From the NCBI GenBank assembly GCA_964016885.1, contig OZ024740.1, forward strand, positions 283,712,001 through 283,776,000: a DNA stretch of 64,000 nucleotides, given 5' to 3'. The notes beneath the pieces were generated by a model that searched no databases, had not been told where the DNA came from, and saw only the letters and a program-made list of their open reading frames with translations. The translations under genes were made by a program, and so were the position numbers. The number at the start of each line of letters is the position of its first letter. Position 1 is the stretch's first letter. The DNA is from Eledone cirrhosa (Eukaryota). This document shows, piece by piece, positions 12,830 to 25,454 of the stretch.

Positions 12830-15674
12830 CTCTCTTCTTCAACCTACAAGCTTATAATCAATCACTCGAGCCCTTTTTTCCACATTCACCCACCTTTCAG
12901 TAAATTTACTGGGGTGCAGTGCCTCTCTCTCCACTCTGATTCACCTTCTAAAGTGATACTTAAAGAAGGGAATCAATTGTTGTCCGGAGAGAAAGGCATC
13001 TGTCCTCAGTCCTCTCAATCTCGTCCACCATATAACTTCTTTCACCATAGCCACTGTACAGAGGAAAACCGCCTCTCTTTCGTTTCTGAAAGAGGTTGGC
13101 GGTTTGATCCTTACTATGGACTCGGCAGTCAACTGGATTTGTCCCATACGCGACAGCAGTTGTTCTGCATAGTTCCACAGGTCGGTTACGCCCGGGCAGT
13201 GTACAATTGCGTTCAGGGCGGTTTCAATGTCCTGCGCGCATCTTAGACACGTCCTCTTGGAAGGATCCCTGCCGGGGCGTCCGTGCCTGTAGATCTTGTC
13301 ACGAACTGGTAGAGCTCCTCGGTAGCACTGCCAAGCCAGGGACCTCTGGAAGTTGTCCATAGGTCCCTGGCGGAAACTCCTACCAAACAGATTGGTGAAC
13401 TCATCGTCTTCGATACCCAAAGCCTCACCGAGCTCGTCGTCGCCCTTGTAACGTACAATACCTCTATAGAATGTCGAAGTGGAGTCTCCACTGATTGCTG
13501 TGCCCAATTGCCAGAGGACTGTGAGCACCCTAACGCATTCAATGTGCCAGGCGTCCATCGTTTTCGGTCTTTTCTTGACCCAGGACTGCAGCTCCGTCAG
13601 CGAGACGAGCTGCGGGAAAGCCTGTCTCACAAACGGTGTCCACACCGGTTGGGGGTCGGTGAGGAATACCTGGAGATGCCGCAGCCACAGCGCATGTTTG
13701 CGCATCATCAGCCACGACATTCCCAGCCCTCTGTTGGAAGGGTGCTGACAGCAGACGGATCTCCTCACCAGTGGAGCCTGCTTCTTCCACAGAAACTGGA
13801 AGAGCATGCGTTCCATCATGGTGAGGTGTTCACGGGGACAAGGCACGACAGTCAAGCGGTAGTAGATGACGGACGCTATGAAAGTGTTCGCCACCTCCGC
13901 TCGACCTTTCAAGGATAGTTTGCACTCTGCCCACTTCTGGGTGAGCGCAAACACCTTGGCCGTGAACTCGTTCCAGTTTTTCTCCACCTGGAGGTCTGGA
14001 CCGAACCAGACCCCGAGCAATTTCACCGGTCCGTCCGTTCAGCGTCCAACGACGCTGTCGGACGTCATCGGTTTGCCTCTCCACGTACTGACTTGTCCGG
14101 GTTTAGTTTTGCTCCCGTCAGCGTTTCGTATTCTTTCAGTAAGTTGCCGATCACCCCGATTTCCGAGGTACTCGACACCATTACCGTCACGTCGTCGGCA
14201 TAAGCCGACGCCGCTTTGCGCAGTCCCGGTTCTAGAGCGATGCCCTGCAACAGCTCCAATTTCCGCAGTAGTGCCTCTAGAGTCAATACATACAGAATGG
14301 AGGAGAGAGGGCACCCTTATCGAATGGAACGCGTGATTGCGAACGGCTCCGATAGGTAGCCGTTCACCTTGACCCTCGAGCAGATGCTGGTGTGCATCTC
14401 TTCGATCCAGCCTCTGAAAACAGGACCGAAACCGGCCACCTTGAGAACCGCTTTCAAGTATCGATGGTCGACCCTATCGAATGCCTTAGACTGATCGAAA
14501 TTGATCAGAGCCCCACCGAAGCCGGGTTTACTACCTACCCTCTTTATGATGTATCGCATGAGGTGGAGGTTGTTTTTGTATAGACCTGGTCGGGATTGCA
14601 CACGTTTGCGCTTTCCCGACCAGGTTCTCGACGACATGCGCCAACCTTATCGCTAGCACCTTGGCCAAAATCTTTAACTCTGTGTTGAGCAGAGTTATGG
14701 GCCTGAAGTTGTTAATTTCGTCCCCTTTTTCTCGTCTTTCCTGATCAGCGTTACTACGCCCTTGCCTGCAGAACTGGGAATTCTCCCGTTCTGCTGCCAA
14801 TTGCAGTAGACGGCTTCGAGGACGCCAGAGAACAAGTCCGGTATGCCTATGTAAAACTCATAGGGTAGACCATCTAAACCGGGTGACTTGTGTTTCCCGC
14901 AGCGGCGCAAAGCGTCCCGCAGCGGCCCAGAGCGTCCCGTATCTCAGTGTCCGTGATCGGTCATTCGCAGAACTCGGCGTCCGTGTTCGAGAGACGCGGC
15001 AGGCCGTCGAGGTATGAACTAAAGTCCATTACCCCGTTTGGTTCACCGTCGTTCTATTCAAACAGTCGCGCAAAGTGCTGCTGAAAGGCCACGCACATTT
15101 GCTTGGGGTCAAGTAGCACGCGTCCGTTTTGATCTTTCAAAGACCGAATCGTGGACTTGTTGGAATTGGCCGATTAAAGTTTTGAGGCTGTTGCACCCCC
15201 CCCCCCCTCTACTGAGACATGCTCCCACATAGTCCCATCGTGCATCTAGGATACCCTTCCAGTCCCCCACTAAAAGTAAGGAGCGAGACGTTCCCAGAAA
15301 AGACTCTAGACGCTTAAAGAAGCCTGGCCGTGATTGCGATTGCCCGATCGGGGCATAAACGGCCTCCAGTCTGAAGGCTCCACCTCCAATACTGTTCACG
15401 TCTAGGACTACCAGTCTACCCTCCGGGTCCAAGTTAACTTGCTGTACCTCGACGTTCTGGTTCTTCCGAAACATGAAAGCCACTCCCCCTCCACCTCCTG
15501 ATTGACAGAGAGATGCGTAGATCTCAAAGTTAGTTGCTGCCTGTTGTGGATCCTGGACTCGGTGATGGCTATCACATCCATACCGTGTGACCTAAGGTCG
15601 TTTAAAAGTTGGTCCTGTTTCCAGGGCATCCCTGGGCCACGCACATTCACGCTTCCAACTCGGAAACTAGCCAT
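12830..15674 (-). pseudogene. Tx1 ORF2 (APE-RT-CCHC), multiple frameshifts and an internal deletion
   Basis: Starts MASFRVGSVNVRG; fragments colinear with ORF 18459..21479. Confidence 0.85.
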
Positions 15675-15716
15675 GTTGGTGAAGAAGAGTTGGAGAAAAA
15701 GGACGAAAGGGTGCAC

Positions 15717-17622
15717 TTACCTTTTCGTTTCCTGGAGATCGGGTTGTTCAATCTCCATTTGGGTGCTGGAGGGAGTGTTGGGTGGGGTGGGGTGGGGTGG
15801 GGAAACATTTTAACAGGACGCGGTTGATGGGTTTCTGGCAGGGGTTGCCCACGTCCTGCGAAAATTTATTTTTCAGGTCACTATAGGTCTCCATAGAAAC
15901 CCTTATAAGTTTAAGGTGTGGAGACGATTCTGCTTTGACGAAAGTTTTGACCTCCGTCTCCACCTTGGGGTTTTGGGAGATGACCTCCATAAAATTCTTG
16001 TTGTTTGTGTTTTTGTTGTGTTATTTTAGTTTGTTGTTCGTCCGGGAGTTTTCTTTTTATGGTGGGCGCTTGCGTTTGGGGTTGTGTTGGTGTTGGTTTT
16101 GCTGGTAGGGGGATGTTTGACTGTGGTGTTGTTTGTGTTGTTGTTTGTGTCTGTGGTTGTGTGTTGGTGTTGGTGATTGGAGTTTTGGGGGTATGGTGGT
16201 GTCTCTTTTTTTGCTTTTTAGATTTCAGGGGCTCTCCTTCTTCACTTAAAGAAGGGGTAGCAGCCTCATCTGTTGATGAATAATCATCGTCAGGAGTGTG
16301 GGGTAGGGGTATGTTGTGTGGTGGTGGTGTTTCGGTATGTGTGTTTGTGGTAGTGTTTGATGGAGTGGGATGGGGTGGGGCTGTGTTCTTCAGGGGTGTT
16401 GTCTGTGTTTTTTCTGTTGTTGTTGGTTGAGTGGGTGTTTGTTTTGGTGTGTTTGCTTGTTTCGTGAGTTGTTGTTGTTGTGGTGGTGGTTGTTGTTTTG
16501 GTGTTGGTGGTGGTGTTGGTAACAGTGCTTTCTTTTGTATTGTTTTGGTTGATCGTGTTTGTAAAGGGCAGGAGGCCTTTAGGTGTGTTGTGCTACCACA
16601 GCGAAAGCAATGAAATTTACGACCCTCCACCGAAATGTTTATGTTGTTGTTGTCGTCGATGACGACTTTTTCAAGTATTTTGGAGATTCTCTCCGGCCTC
16701 ATCTGCGTCAGAATCTTCAAATCAGTACCCGCCCACCTTTGTCTAATAGATTTTCGTATCGAAAGAATGGCATCAGTCTCTGGCTCCACGAAGCCTGCCA
16801 AGATCCAGCAGATGTTAATGTTTGGTGGTATATTTTTTTATTTTTATTTTTTGTGTCCTTTTTCCCATGTACGTAGGGAAAAAGGTGAATGCTTTTGACA
16901 CCATTGGTGTCACAGAATTCTTTTGGGCGAGTGCCTCGCTTTTAAACTGTACGGAAATACTTCTGTACTGTTTTCCTCGTTGAAGAAAGTTAATATTTTC
17001 TAGAGTCTCCTTCAAGGTGGCTTCTATGTCTCCATGACTCACAAATATTGGCTTTCTCGTTGTGTTTGAGACAGTCCTGAAGGTCACTGTCCTTCGAACC
17101 GTCTCTTCTTTTATTTCGAGGGGTGAGTTGATTCTAAACCCACCCTTGTCTTCGAAAATTACAAATTTGTTTCCTTGTTGGAGCATATCTCTTGCATTGG
17201 AGATGTCAAGATTTATAAAATCTTGTTTTTTGTTCACTGTTTCAGTGAAAGACATTTTTGTGGTGTTGCTGTTGTTGTTGTTGTTGTTGTTGTTGTTGTC
17301 AGCCTCGGTGTTGGAAATCGCAATTTCTTGACGAGGTGAAACTTTATGTATAGATGTATCTATGGAGTTGTTTCTGTTGTCTTTTTCATGTGTATGTATA
17401 TCAATATGTTTAATTCCTGTGTTTTCCTGTGTGTTATTTTTCTCCGCTTCGACGGTAGAAATTTAAAAATCTTCAAGTGGTAATATTATTTTTTTCTCTT
17501 TGTTGACAGTCGTATCCATGGCGACGTCCATAGTGGCAGAAGCAGATATAACGTTAATATCTGCTTCTCTACCTCTCTTCTCTTTGTTAACGTTCTCCAG
17601 CGTTCTTTCCGAGTTATTCATG
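15717..17622 (-). pseudogene. Tx1 ORF1 (gag-like, CX2CX4HX4C, Pro/Thr/Gln-rich), frameshifted
   Basis: Track ORFs 16815..17255, 15911..16801 and 15748..15990. Confidence 0.75.
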
Positions 17623-17825
17623 TTTTATAGTCGGCAAAATTTGATTTTTTAAAACAATTTTTAAATTAAATTTTCGCCCCTAAAGGGGCGAAAAATGGGA
17701 TTACTACCCAGCTGACAATTCAGCTTGGGGGTTAATCTACAAAATGATATGTTTTTTCAAACAATTTGTTCAGTTTTTTGGATAGAAATTTACAAAAAAG
17801 CTTAGCGGCGATGTTCCACACGTCA

Positions 17826-17826
17826 T

Positions 17827-17916
<90 letters not shown>

Positions 17917-18197
17917 TTATTTGCCACAGGGGTGTACAAAAATGGGACATTACAAGACGTGACGGCGGGGGTTTTACATATAACTTTAACATTAATAGAT
18001 ATATTTCTTTATTAGCCACAAAGGCGCACAAGAAAAGGGGACGAAACACAGACACATCCCGGGGATTTTACATACAATCGTGTAAAAATAATGAAACAAA
18101 CAAATTTAACAATCGAAATCCCCAATAGGGGGGAGGCGCCAAAAATGCGTTGTTTAATACCCTGTCGATAGATAGAAAGATAGATAGATAGATAAGT
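17826..18197 (-). mobile_element. (GATA)n tract with two very short Tx1 3'-end copies (C ~17916-17992, D ~18004-18166)
   Basis: Same ttta(t)t(a/t)gccac..gggac 3' terminus as copies A, B and E; D matches the 3' UTR of copy B. Confidence 0.8.
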
Positions 18198-21100
18198 TTC
18201 TTTTATTTGCCACTAGGGCATCAAAAGTGGGACAAGTACAAAGGGGGGAGTTTACACAAAAAGGCGTCCTCAATAAGGAGGAGGCAATAACAAAATATAA
18301 AAATAAAATAAGATATAACAAAAAATAAAATTTTTAACAAAATCCTCAATAGAGAGGAGGCGCCTTGGGGGGTCGCACACACCCCCGAAAAAAGTGTGCA
18401 ACCCTTTTCCTCAGGAGCACAGAGAGGGGGTGCTCCCTCGTTCCTTCCTCTTTTCCACCTACAGGCTTATGTAAAGAGAAGGCCCATTCACACGGGCCAT
18501 TCTCGCCACTTTCACCCACCTTTCATAAAAACGACTGGGGTGCAGCACCTCTCTCTCCATCCTGATCCTTCTTCCGAAATGATATCGGAAGAAACGGACC
18601 AGTTGTTGGCCAGAGAGAAAGGTGCCTGACCTCAGTCCTTTCAGACGCGTCCACCATACAACCTCTTTCGCCATGGCTATTACGCACAGAAACACCGCCT
18701 CTGCTTCATCTTTGAAGGGGGGAGGCGGCTTGATCATTACAATAGACTCGGTGGTCAACCGGATCGGTCCCACCCTTGACAGCAGTTGTTCGACATAGCC
18801 CCACAGATCGGCTACGCCCGAGCAGTGTACCAATGCGTGTGCAACGGTTTCCTCGTCGCACACGCATCTGGGACAGATCTTTTTGGCGGGGTCCCTACCC
18901 GGGCGCCCGTGTCTGTAGAGCCTTTCTCGAACGGGTAAAGCCCCTCGGTAGCACTGCCAGGCCAGGGACTTCTGGAAGTTGTCCATAGGTCCCGGGCTGA
19001 ATGTCCTACCGAACAGGCTGGCCAGTTCGTCCTCCTCCATGTCTAGGGCTTCTCCGAGGGCGTCGTCGCACCTGCTGCGTACCAGCCCTCTATAGAATGT
19101 TGCGGTGGAGTCTCCACTGATAACCGGATCCGCCTGCCAGAGGGCGGTGAGCGCCTGGGCACACTCAGTGTGCCAGGCGCCCAGTTTTCTCGGTCTTTGC
19201 TTGACCCAGGATTGCAGCTCGGTGAGTGAGACGAGTCTGGGAAAGGTTCGTCTCACAAACGAGGCCCACACCGGTTGTCCGGTGAGGAATACGTAGAGGT
19301 GCCGTAGCCTTAATGCGTGTTTACGCATCATTAGCCACGGCATCCCCAGCCCTCCTTTCGAAGGGTGTTGACAGCAGATGGATCTCCTCACCATAGGAGC
19401 CCGCCTCTTCCAAAGGAATTGGAAGAGCGCGCGCTCCATCTTGGTGAGGGTTTCCCTTGGGCAGGGCACTACGGTCAGGCGGTAGTAGATGACGGACGCT
19501 ATGTAGGTGTTCGCCACCTCCGCCCGACCTTTCAGGGATAGTTTGCAACTGGCCCACTTCTGGGTCAGTGCAAACACCCTGTTCGTAACCTCCGCCCAGT
19601 TTTTCTCCACCTGGAGGTCCGGTCCGAACCAGACCCCGAGCAACTTCACCGGGCCCTCCGTCCAGCGTCCGACGACGCCATCGGAGGGCATCGGTCTGCC
19701 CCTCCACGTGCCGAGTTGCAAACCGATCGACTTGTCCCGGTTCAGCTTAGCCCCTGTGAACTTTTCGTACTCCTCTAGTAAGGTGCCGACCGCCTCGATT
19801 TCGGAGGCCGTCGACACCATTACTGTCACGTCATCGGCGTAGGCCGACACCGCTTTCCGTAATCCCGGTTCCAAAGGGATGCCCTGCAACAACTCCAACT
19901 TCCGCAGTAGTGGCTCTAGAGTCAACACATACAGAAGGGAGGAGAGAGGGCACCCTTGTCGGATGGACCGCGCGATTTTGAACGGCTCCGAGAGGTAGCC
20001 GTTCACCTTGACCCTAGAGCAGATGCGGCTGCTGTGCATAGCAGTGATCCAGCCCCTGAAAACGGGTCCGAAGCCTGCCGCCGCTAGCACCGCATCCAGG
20101 TAACCATGGTCGACCCTATCGAACGCCTTAGATTGATCCAAGTTGATCAGAGCCCCACCAAAGCCGGGTTCGTTCCCAACCCTCTCTATGATGTATCGCA
20201 TGAGGTGGAGGTTGTCATGGATGGACCTGGACGGGATAGCGCATGTCTGCGCATCTCCCACCAGGTTGCCCACGACAAGCGCCAACCTCTTTGCTAGCAC
20301 CTTGGCCAAAATCTGTAACTCTGTATTTAGCAGTGTTATGGGCCTGAAGTTACTTATTTCGTCCCCCTTGTTCTCGTCCTTCCTCACTAGCGTGACTACG
20401 CCCTTGGTCACAGTACAGGGAATTCTCCCGTTCTGTTGCCAGTTGCAGTAGACCGCCTCGAGGAGATCGGGGAACAAGTCCGGCATAGCTAGATATAATT
20501 CGTAAGGAAGACCATCGAGACCCGGGGATTTGCGTTTGCCGCATTGGCTCAGCACGTCCTCTATCTCAGCGGCCGAAATCGGCTCCTCGCAGGACTTCGC
20601 CTCCCTGTCCGAGAGGCGCGGCAGGCCGTCGAGGTATGGACCAAAGTCCACGTTCCCAACCGGCTCCCCGCCCCTCCCGAACAGTCGGGCAAAGTGCCTT
20701 TGAAAGGCCTCACACATCTGCTTAGGCTCAAGAATCGCCCGTCCATCCAGGTCTCGCAAAGACCGGATGGTGGATTTAGTTCCACTGCTGGCCTCTGTCA
20801 CGCGGGCCCAGCTAACAGCTTTGGTCCCCTCGTTCCCTAGAGCACGTATTTTACTTCGGACAACGCAGCCTTCGTGCTTCGCGTCGAAAAACTGGCTCAA
20901 AGCCGTTCTCGACGCTAGCACTCTGGCCACGTCGCCGCTTCTAATTGCCTCTTCTACTCTATCTATTAGCTCCCTTTCCTTCCTATTCCTATCCGCAGCT
21001 AGAACCTTACTAAATTCTATCGAGACTACTCTAATCTCTCTCTTTAGAGATACCCACCACCTGCTGTTGACGATCGCTCCAGTCAACCGTTCCTTAACTA

Positions 21101-21305
21101 ACGTACTAATCCGATTCCTGTAGGCTCTACTTGCCGGCAAGGACAAGTTGAGCTTCCAGTAACCGGGGCCCTGTCTATGAGTTCTGTCAAGGTTGACCAT
21201 GCAGGTCACTAATTTGTGGTCTGAATAGCCAACCATGCGCATTTTTGGACAACTTAAAAAGTCCTTATCCTTAATTCTAACTAAGAACCTATCTAGGTAC
21301 GACCT
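18197..21305 (-). mobile_element. L1/Tx1 LINE copy E, 5'-truncated within APE, flanked by (GATA)n on both sides
   Basis: Junction gacctagatagatag at ~21305; 3' tail at 18168-18196. Confidence 0.92.
18459..21305 (-). CDS. Tx1 ORF2: uninterrupted APE C-terminus (YLDR, SDH), RT (QGCPLS, YADD) and CCHC, about 950 aa
   Basis: Track ORF 18459..21479; its first ~58 aa are flank/GATA read-through, so there is no genuine start. Confidence 0.85.
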   Translation of the reverse strand, partial: RSYLDRFLVRIKDKDFLSCPKMRMVGYSDHKLVTCMVNLDRTHRQGPGYWKLNLSLPASRAYRNRISTLVKERLTGAIVNSRWWVSLKREIRVVSIEFSKVLAADRNRKERELIDRVEEAIRSGDVARVLASRTALSQFFDAKHEGCVVRSKIRALGNEGTKAVSWARVTEASSGTKSTIRSLRDLDGRAILEPKQMCEAFQRHFARLFGRGGEPVGNVDFGPYLDGLPRLSDREAKSCEEPISAAEIEDVLSQCGKRKSPGLDGLPYELYLAMPDLFPDLLEAVYCNWQQNGRIPCTVTKGVVTLVRKDENKGDEISNFRPITLLNTELQILAKVLAKRLALVVGNLVGDAQTCAIPSRSIHDNLHLMRYIIERVGNEPGFGGALINLDQSKAFDRVDHGYLDAVLAAAGFGPVFRGWITAMHSSRICSRVKVNGYLSEPFKIARSIRQGCPLSSLLYVLTLEPLLRKLELLQGIPLEPGLRKAVSAYADDVTVMVSTASEIEAVGTLLEEYEKFTGAKLNRDKSIGLQLGTWRGRPMPSDGVVGRWTEGPVKLLGVWFGPDLQVEKNWAEVTNRVFALTQKWASCKLSLKGRAEVANTYIASVIYYRLTVVPCPRETLTKMERALFQFLWKRRAPMVRRSICCQHPSKGGLGMPWLMMRKHALRLRHLYVFLTGQPVWASFVRRTFPRLVSLTELQSWVKQRPRKLGAWHTECAQALTALWQADPVISGDSTATFYRGLVRSRCDDALGEALDMEEDELASLFGRTFSPGPMDNFQKSLAWQCYRGALPVRERLYRHGRPGRDPAKKICPRCVCDEETVAHALVHCSGVADLWGYVEQLLSRVGPIRLTTESIVMIKPPPPFKDEAEAVFLCVIAMAKEVVWWTRLKGLRSGTFLSGQQLVRFFRYHFGRRIRMEREVLHPSRFYERWVKVARMARVNGPSLYISL

Positions 21306-21555
21306 AGATAGATAGATAGATAGATAGATAGAAATTTTGTGCCTACATGTTTGATAATGATTAAAGAAATACGTAAGAAAATCATTGATTAATCTAAATG
21401 AATGTAAAAAGAAATACTGTGATGGCAGGAGTGTCAAGAAGAAGATATATGAAAATAAAGGATTCAAGCATCTTTGCACAGAATGGTGTGATCAAGGGAT
21501 TATTAATTAAAATACTTTTACTATATACCCCTTCATATTTACGGGTACTATGCTA

Positions 21556-21599
<44 letters not shown>

Positions 21600-21600
<1 letters not shown>

Positions 21601-23070
21601 ATCAAAAGATGGTTAAAAGAGTTCCAAGTATTTTATTATGCGCATTTCAAAAACAAATATCATAATGATATGATATCTGCGTTTTCATCAGATAAAATAA
21701 GGATACATGATATGAAGGTTAAAAAACACTTATGAATAGTGAAGTTTTAAATCAACATATGAAAAATAATTCAAGATTGATGTGTGATATTGGGAAAAAG
21801 TGAGAGGGGGTGGAAAGGGTAAGGAAGAGGAGGAGATGAGAGTAAAGAATGGTGGGGGAGGAGTATAAGAAGGAAGGATGAGAGAGGAGGAGAGATGGGT
21901 GAGAGAGAGATAGCCTTTACAACTGAGAAAAATATATATTGTCTCACAGAGAGAAGTTAAAAAACCGTTGGAAGATAATAGATAATTTAAAAGAATTTGA
22001 AATTAAAAGTTGATGAAGAGAAAAAGGGGTTAAGAATAATATTAAATTAAGGTTTGTATATTGAAGGGTTTAATAATATGTACGAAGAAAAGAAATTGTT
22101 AATATGCATTATTAAAATAAAAATATTAATGTTATTAAGGATATAATGTGAAAAGAAGTAGAAGAGTGGATGAGTTATGAATTTAGAGGAATTAGTTAGT
22201 GTTTAAGTTTGTTTTTATGTAATGTAATATGTGTGCGTAATATATGTAAATAGTTTGTTTAAAAATGAGCGCAGAAAGCAAAGAAGAAAAGAATGTTTAA
22301 GGAAGAAAATATCTAACATCAAAATATATATGTTTACGAAATATTTTCTAATGGTAATAATGTAATATATTAAAGGAAATTAGTTAGGGTTTAAGTTTGT
22401 TTTTATGTATTGTAATATGTAAAAGTCAAATGAGCATGAAAGGAAGAGATAAGGAACTTAAGGAAGAAAAATCTAACGTCAAAAAATGTTTGTTTACGAA
22501 GGACTATTAAAGGTAATACTATAATGTATTTAAAAGATAATAATAATTTTTATGGCCAATGATATGAAGAAAGATGGAAGAGTGGATATGTTGTGGTGAG
22601 TAATAATAAGAATTGAGAAGTAGTTAGGAAGAAAAAGTACAGATTAGAGGTTAGAAATTAAAAAGAAAAAAGAAAAGAGGAAGAAAGGAAAGTGATAAAG
22701 CGGAATGATATAGAATGAGTAACTTGTATTATATAATATATAATAAATAATATTGAAATAGGGTAGAAAGATGGGTATATTTTTTTAAAAAATAGATAAG
22801 CCTTTGAGAAAAAGGATTTTAAACTAGTAAAGTATTAGATATTAGCTGTATACTTTATGGAATGTTCTGTGGCATTTATGCAAGCAGAGAGAAAATAAAT
22901 CAGTGCGTCTATTTATTATAGAATCTAAATTAGATATAATGGTAAATTTTTCAGATAGGCAAAGATTACACGTTCTGGATAGGGAGGCATTCAAGTAGGG
23001 AGAGGCAGAACAAACTTTCCTCCTATAGATGTTATAGTTAATATTTTTGTCTTTCAAGGACCATATTTTG
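21600..23070 (-). mobile_element. Second Naiad-type Penelope remnant: GIY-YIG C-terminus plus long 3' pLTR
   Basis: WSLKDKNINYNI..ASPY..TCNLCLSEK..INRRTDLFSLCLH parallels ORF 9338..; hammerhead near the end; abuts (TA)n. Confidence 0.75.
21629..21699 (-). ncRNA. Canonical minimal type I hammerhead ribozyme
   Basis: tattttat CTGATGA [stem II aaac.cagatatcat/atgatatttgtttt] GAAA t-gcgc-a TA ataaaata. Confidence 0.8.
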
Positions 23071-23163
23071 ATCTTATATTATTTATACTCCAGTCCTACA
23101 AACTGTAGAGTGCTACTTATCCGATATTTGCATTGCTTTATTCTGCTACAATAAAACTCACCT

Positions 23164-23199
<36 letters not shown>

Positions 23200-23205
<6 letters not shown>

Positions 23206-24152
23206 GGTGGTAGAAAAGCCAGGAACCACCATAAAATCCCTGATCAGCAAAACCTTGCCTTTTAAAACCCACTATACTAATAGGAAATGTATTATATGTA
23301 AAGTAAACCCCCGGATAAACTGTAAGACTAGAAACGTAGTCTATAGCATAAGATGTACAGAGGGTACTTGCAGAAACATGACAACAACATACATAGGCGA
23401 GACAGCTCGTAGCATAGGTGAAAGGATAGACCAACACGGAGGGGGAGTGACTAAAAGGACGAAAAAAGGGTTCAGTACTATACGAACATGCCAGACAACA
23501 ACACGACGGTAACATAGACAACATAGAAATTAAAATAATATCTAAACATAGAAATGACCCAGCAGATAGGCAAACCAGAGAGGCCAGCGAAATAGAACTT
23601 AGAAGGCCAAGACTAAACAGAAAAAATGATTGGAATAACAACAACACCCAAACAAACAATACTGATCTAAGAGAAGTATAAATAAAAAATTAAAAAATAA
23701 ATACATACACAAGCACAATAACAACAAACACATATAAACACACACTAGTAAACTAAGATAGAATACAATAAACAATACACAGTCACCCAAACACAATACA
23801 CACACGCAAACGCATGCGCAGAGAAGAAGGCAAACATAAATAAATAAATAAACAGACTAAATAAAGATGGCGTAGACATACAATACAACAGGAGGAAACA
23901 TAATAGCACCACTGACGATGTTGCAGATGTGCAACGAAAGAACTTTGTTAGACTATATATATGTGTTTGTGTCTATATTATATGTGTATTGTTGACCGTT
24001 GGTCAGTCAATGGTAACATTGAGGACCGAATAAATTAAATTAACCGATATAAAAGACACAGAAGCGAAAACCAACCAAACAGTGAGTGTGTTCTGTTATT
24101 AATTGTGGCAATATTATTACACAAATATGACCCTCCCCAAGTATAACAATAT
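23200..24152 (+). mobile_element. Penelope-like element 3' part (Zn-finger plus GIY-YIG, then pLTR with hammerhead motif at ~23906-23952)
   Basis: CIIC..NC..RNVVYSIRC..C..YIGETARSIGERI..H; CTGACGA tgttgca/tgcaac GAAA; family terminus at 24128-24152. Confidence 0.85.
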
Positions 24153-24335
24153 TTGTTTCGACACACGATTTCATATCAAAAACCACACAAAACTTATTAA
24201 TCGCCATTATATATATATATATAAAGGCACTGGGTAATTGCTGGCCTTGTGCCTAAAGTAGAAACAATTATATATATATATATATGTATATATATATTAT
24301 ATATATATATATATATGTGTGTGTTCGTGTGTATG

Positions 24336-24389
<54 letters not shown>

Positions 24390-24474
24390 TATATATACAT
24401 ACTCACATACATACACACATATGTACATACATACACACATGCCTGTGTGTGTGTATATGTATTTATATACATAA

Positions 24475-24532
<58 letters not shown>

Positions 24533-24658
24533 GACGTAAAATAAGAAAATTTAAAAAATTAAAAATTAACTTATTACTAAAATTAACTTACTTACTAAAC
24601 TTATGTATTTGCTAGCATTAGTGTACATCTGTACGCATATGTTGGTAAATATACTAAT

Positions 24659-24691
<33 letters not shown>

Positions 24692-25140
24692 CAGTTATAT
24701 TTCAGACAGTTATTTAGTGTCTGTCTGCGTAGGGATTTTCTCTGGAGGTTAGCGCGTGCGCAAGCGTGTATGGTTAAGTTTGTGACATGTCTACACACAA
24801 CACTATGTTGGATTCCCCTTTATTTTGTTTTGGCTTCTTTTTTATCATTATTTCATTTTTCATGAATGTACTACGAACAGTTCTGCAGTATTTGCAAAAA
24901 TAAAACAGCCAAGATAAACAATTTACTTTTTTTTCCTCTTCTACTCTATTAATATGGCGTCTTGCTCTGATCTCGCATCGTGACTCATCTACGTCAAAAT
25001 TATCATTTTCCGCCTCGAGTGTACTTAAGTCAGTTTATTCATTTCGACTGTTCTGCCAATGTAAACAGTATGACATACTAATTTACAACGGATTTCTCTT
25101 GTACAGTGAACATATGTCACGTGACAAGGTAATCAAATCA

Positions 25141-25214
<74 letters not shown>

Positions 25215-25454
25215 TTATAAACACGCACACATACATAAATACATACAAACAAACATACATACATACATACATACATACACATACACACACACACACACAC
25301 ATACACACATACATACATACATGCAAACATACATACACGCATACATACATACACACACACACACATACATACATACATACATACATACATACATACATAC
25401 ATACATACATACATACATACATACATGTAAACATACATACATACATACACGCAT

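Larger units (their letters stand above)
12611..17732 (-). mobile_element. L1/Tx1 LINE copy B, near full-length but decayed (ORF1 plus ORF2 with deletions)
   Basis: ORF1 knuckle CFRCGSTTHLKASC; ORF2 APE (SVNVRG, AITES, GDW), RT (SPGLDG, FRPITLLN, DQSKAFDRV, YADD); 3' AATAAA and (TCTA)n tail. Confidence 0.9.

Noticed and set aside
21306-21479. N-terminal 58 aa of the 1006-aa ORF
   Set aside because: Flank and GATA repeat (SIYL) read-through beyond the 5' truncation point
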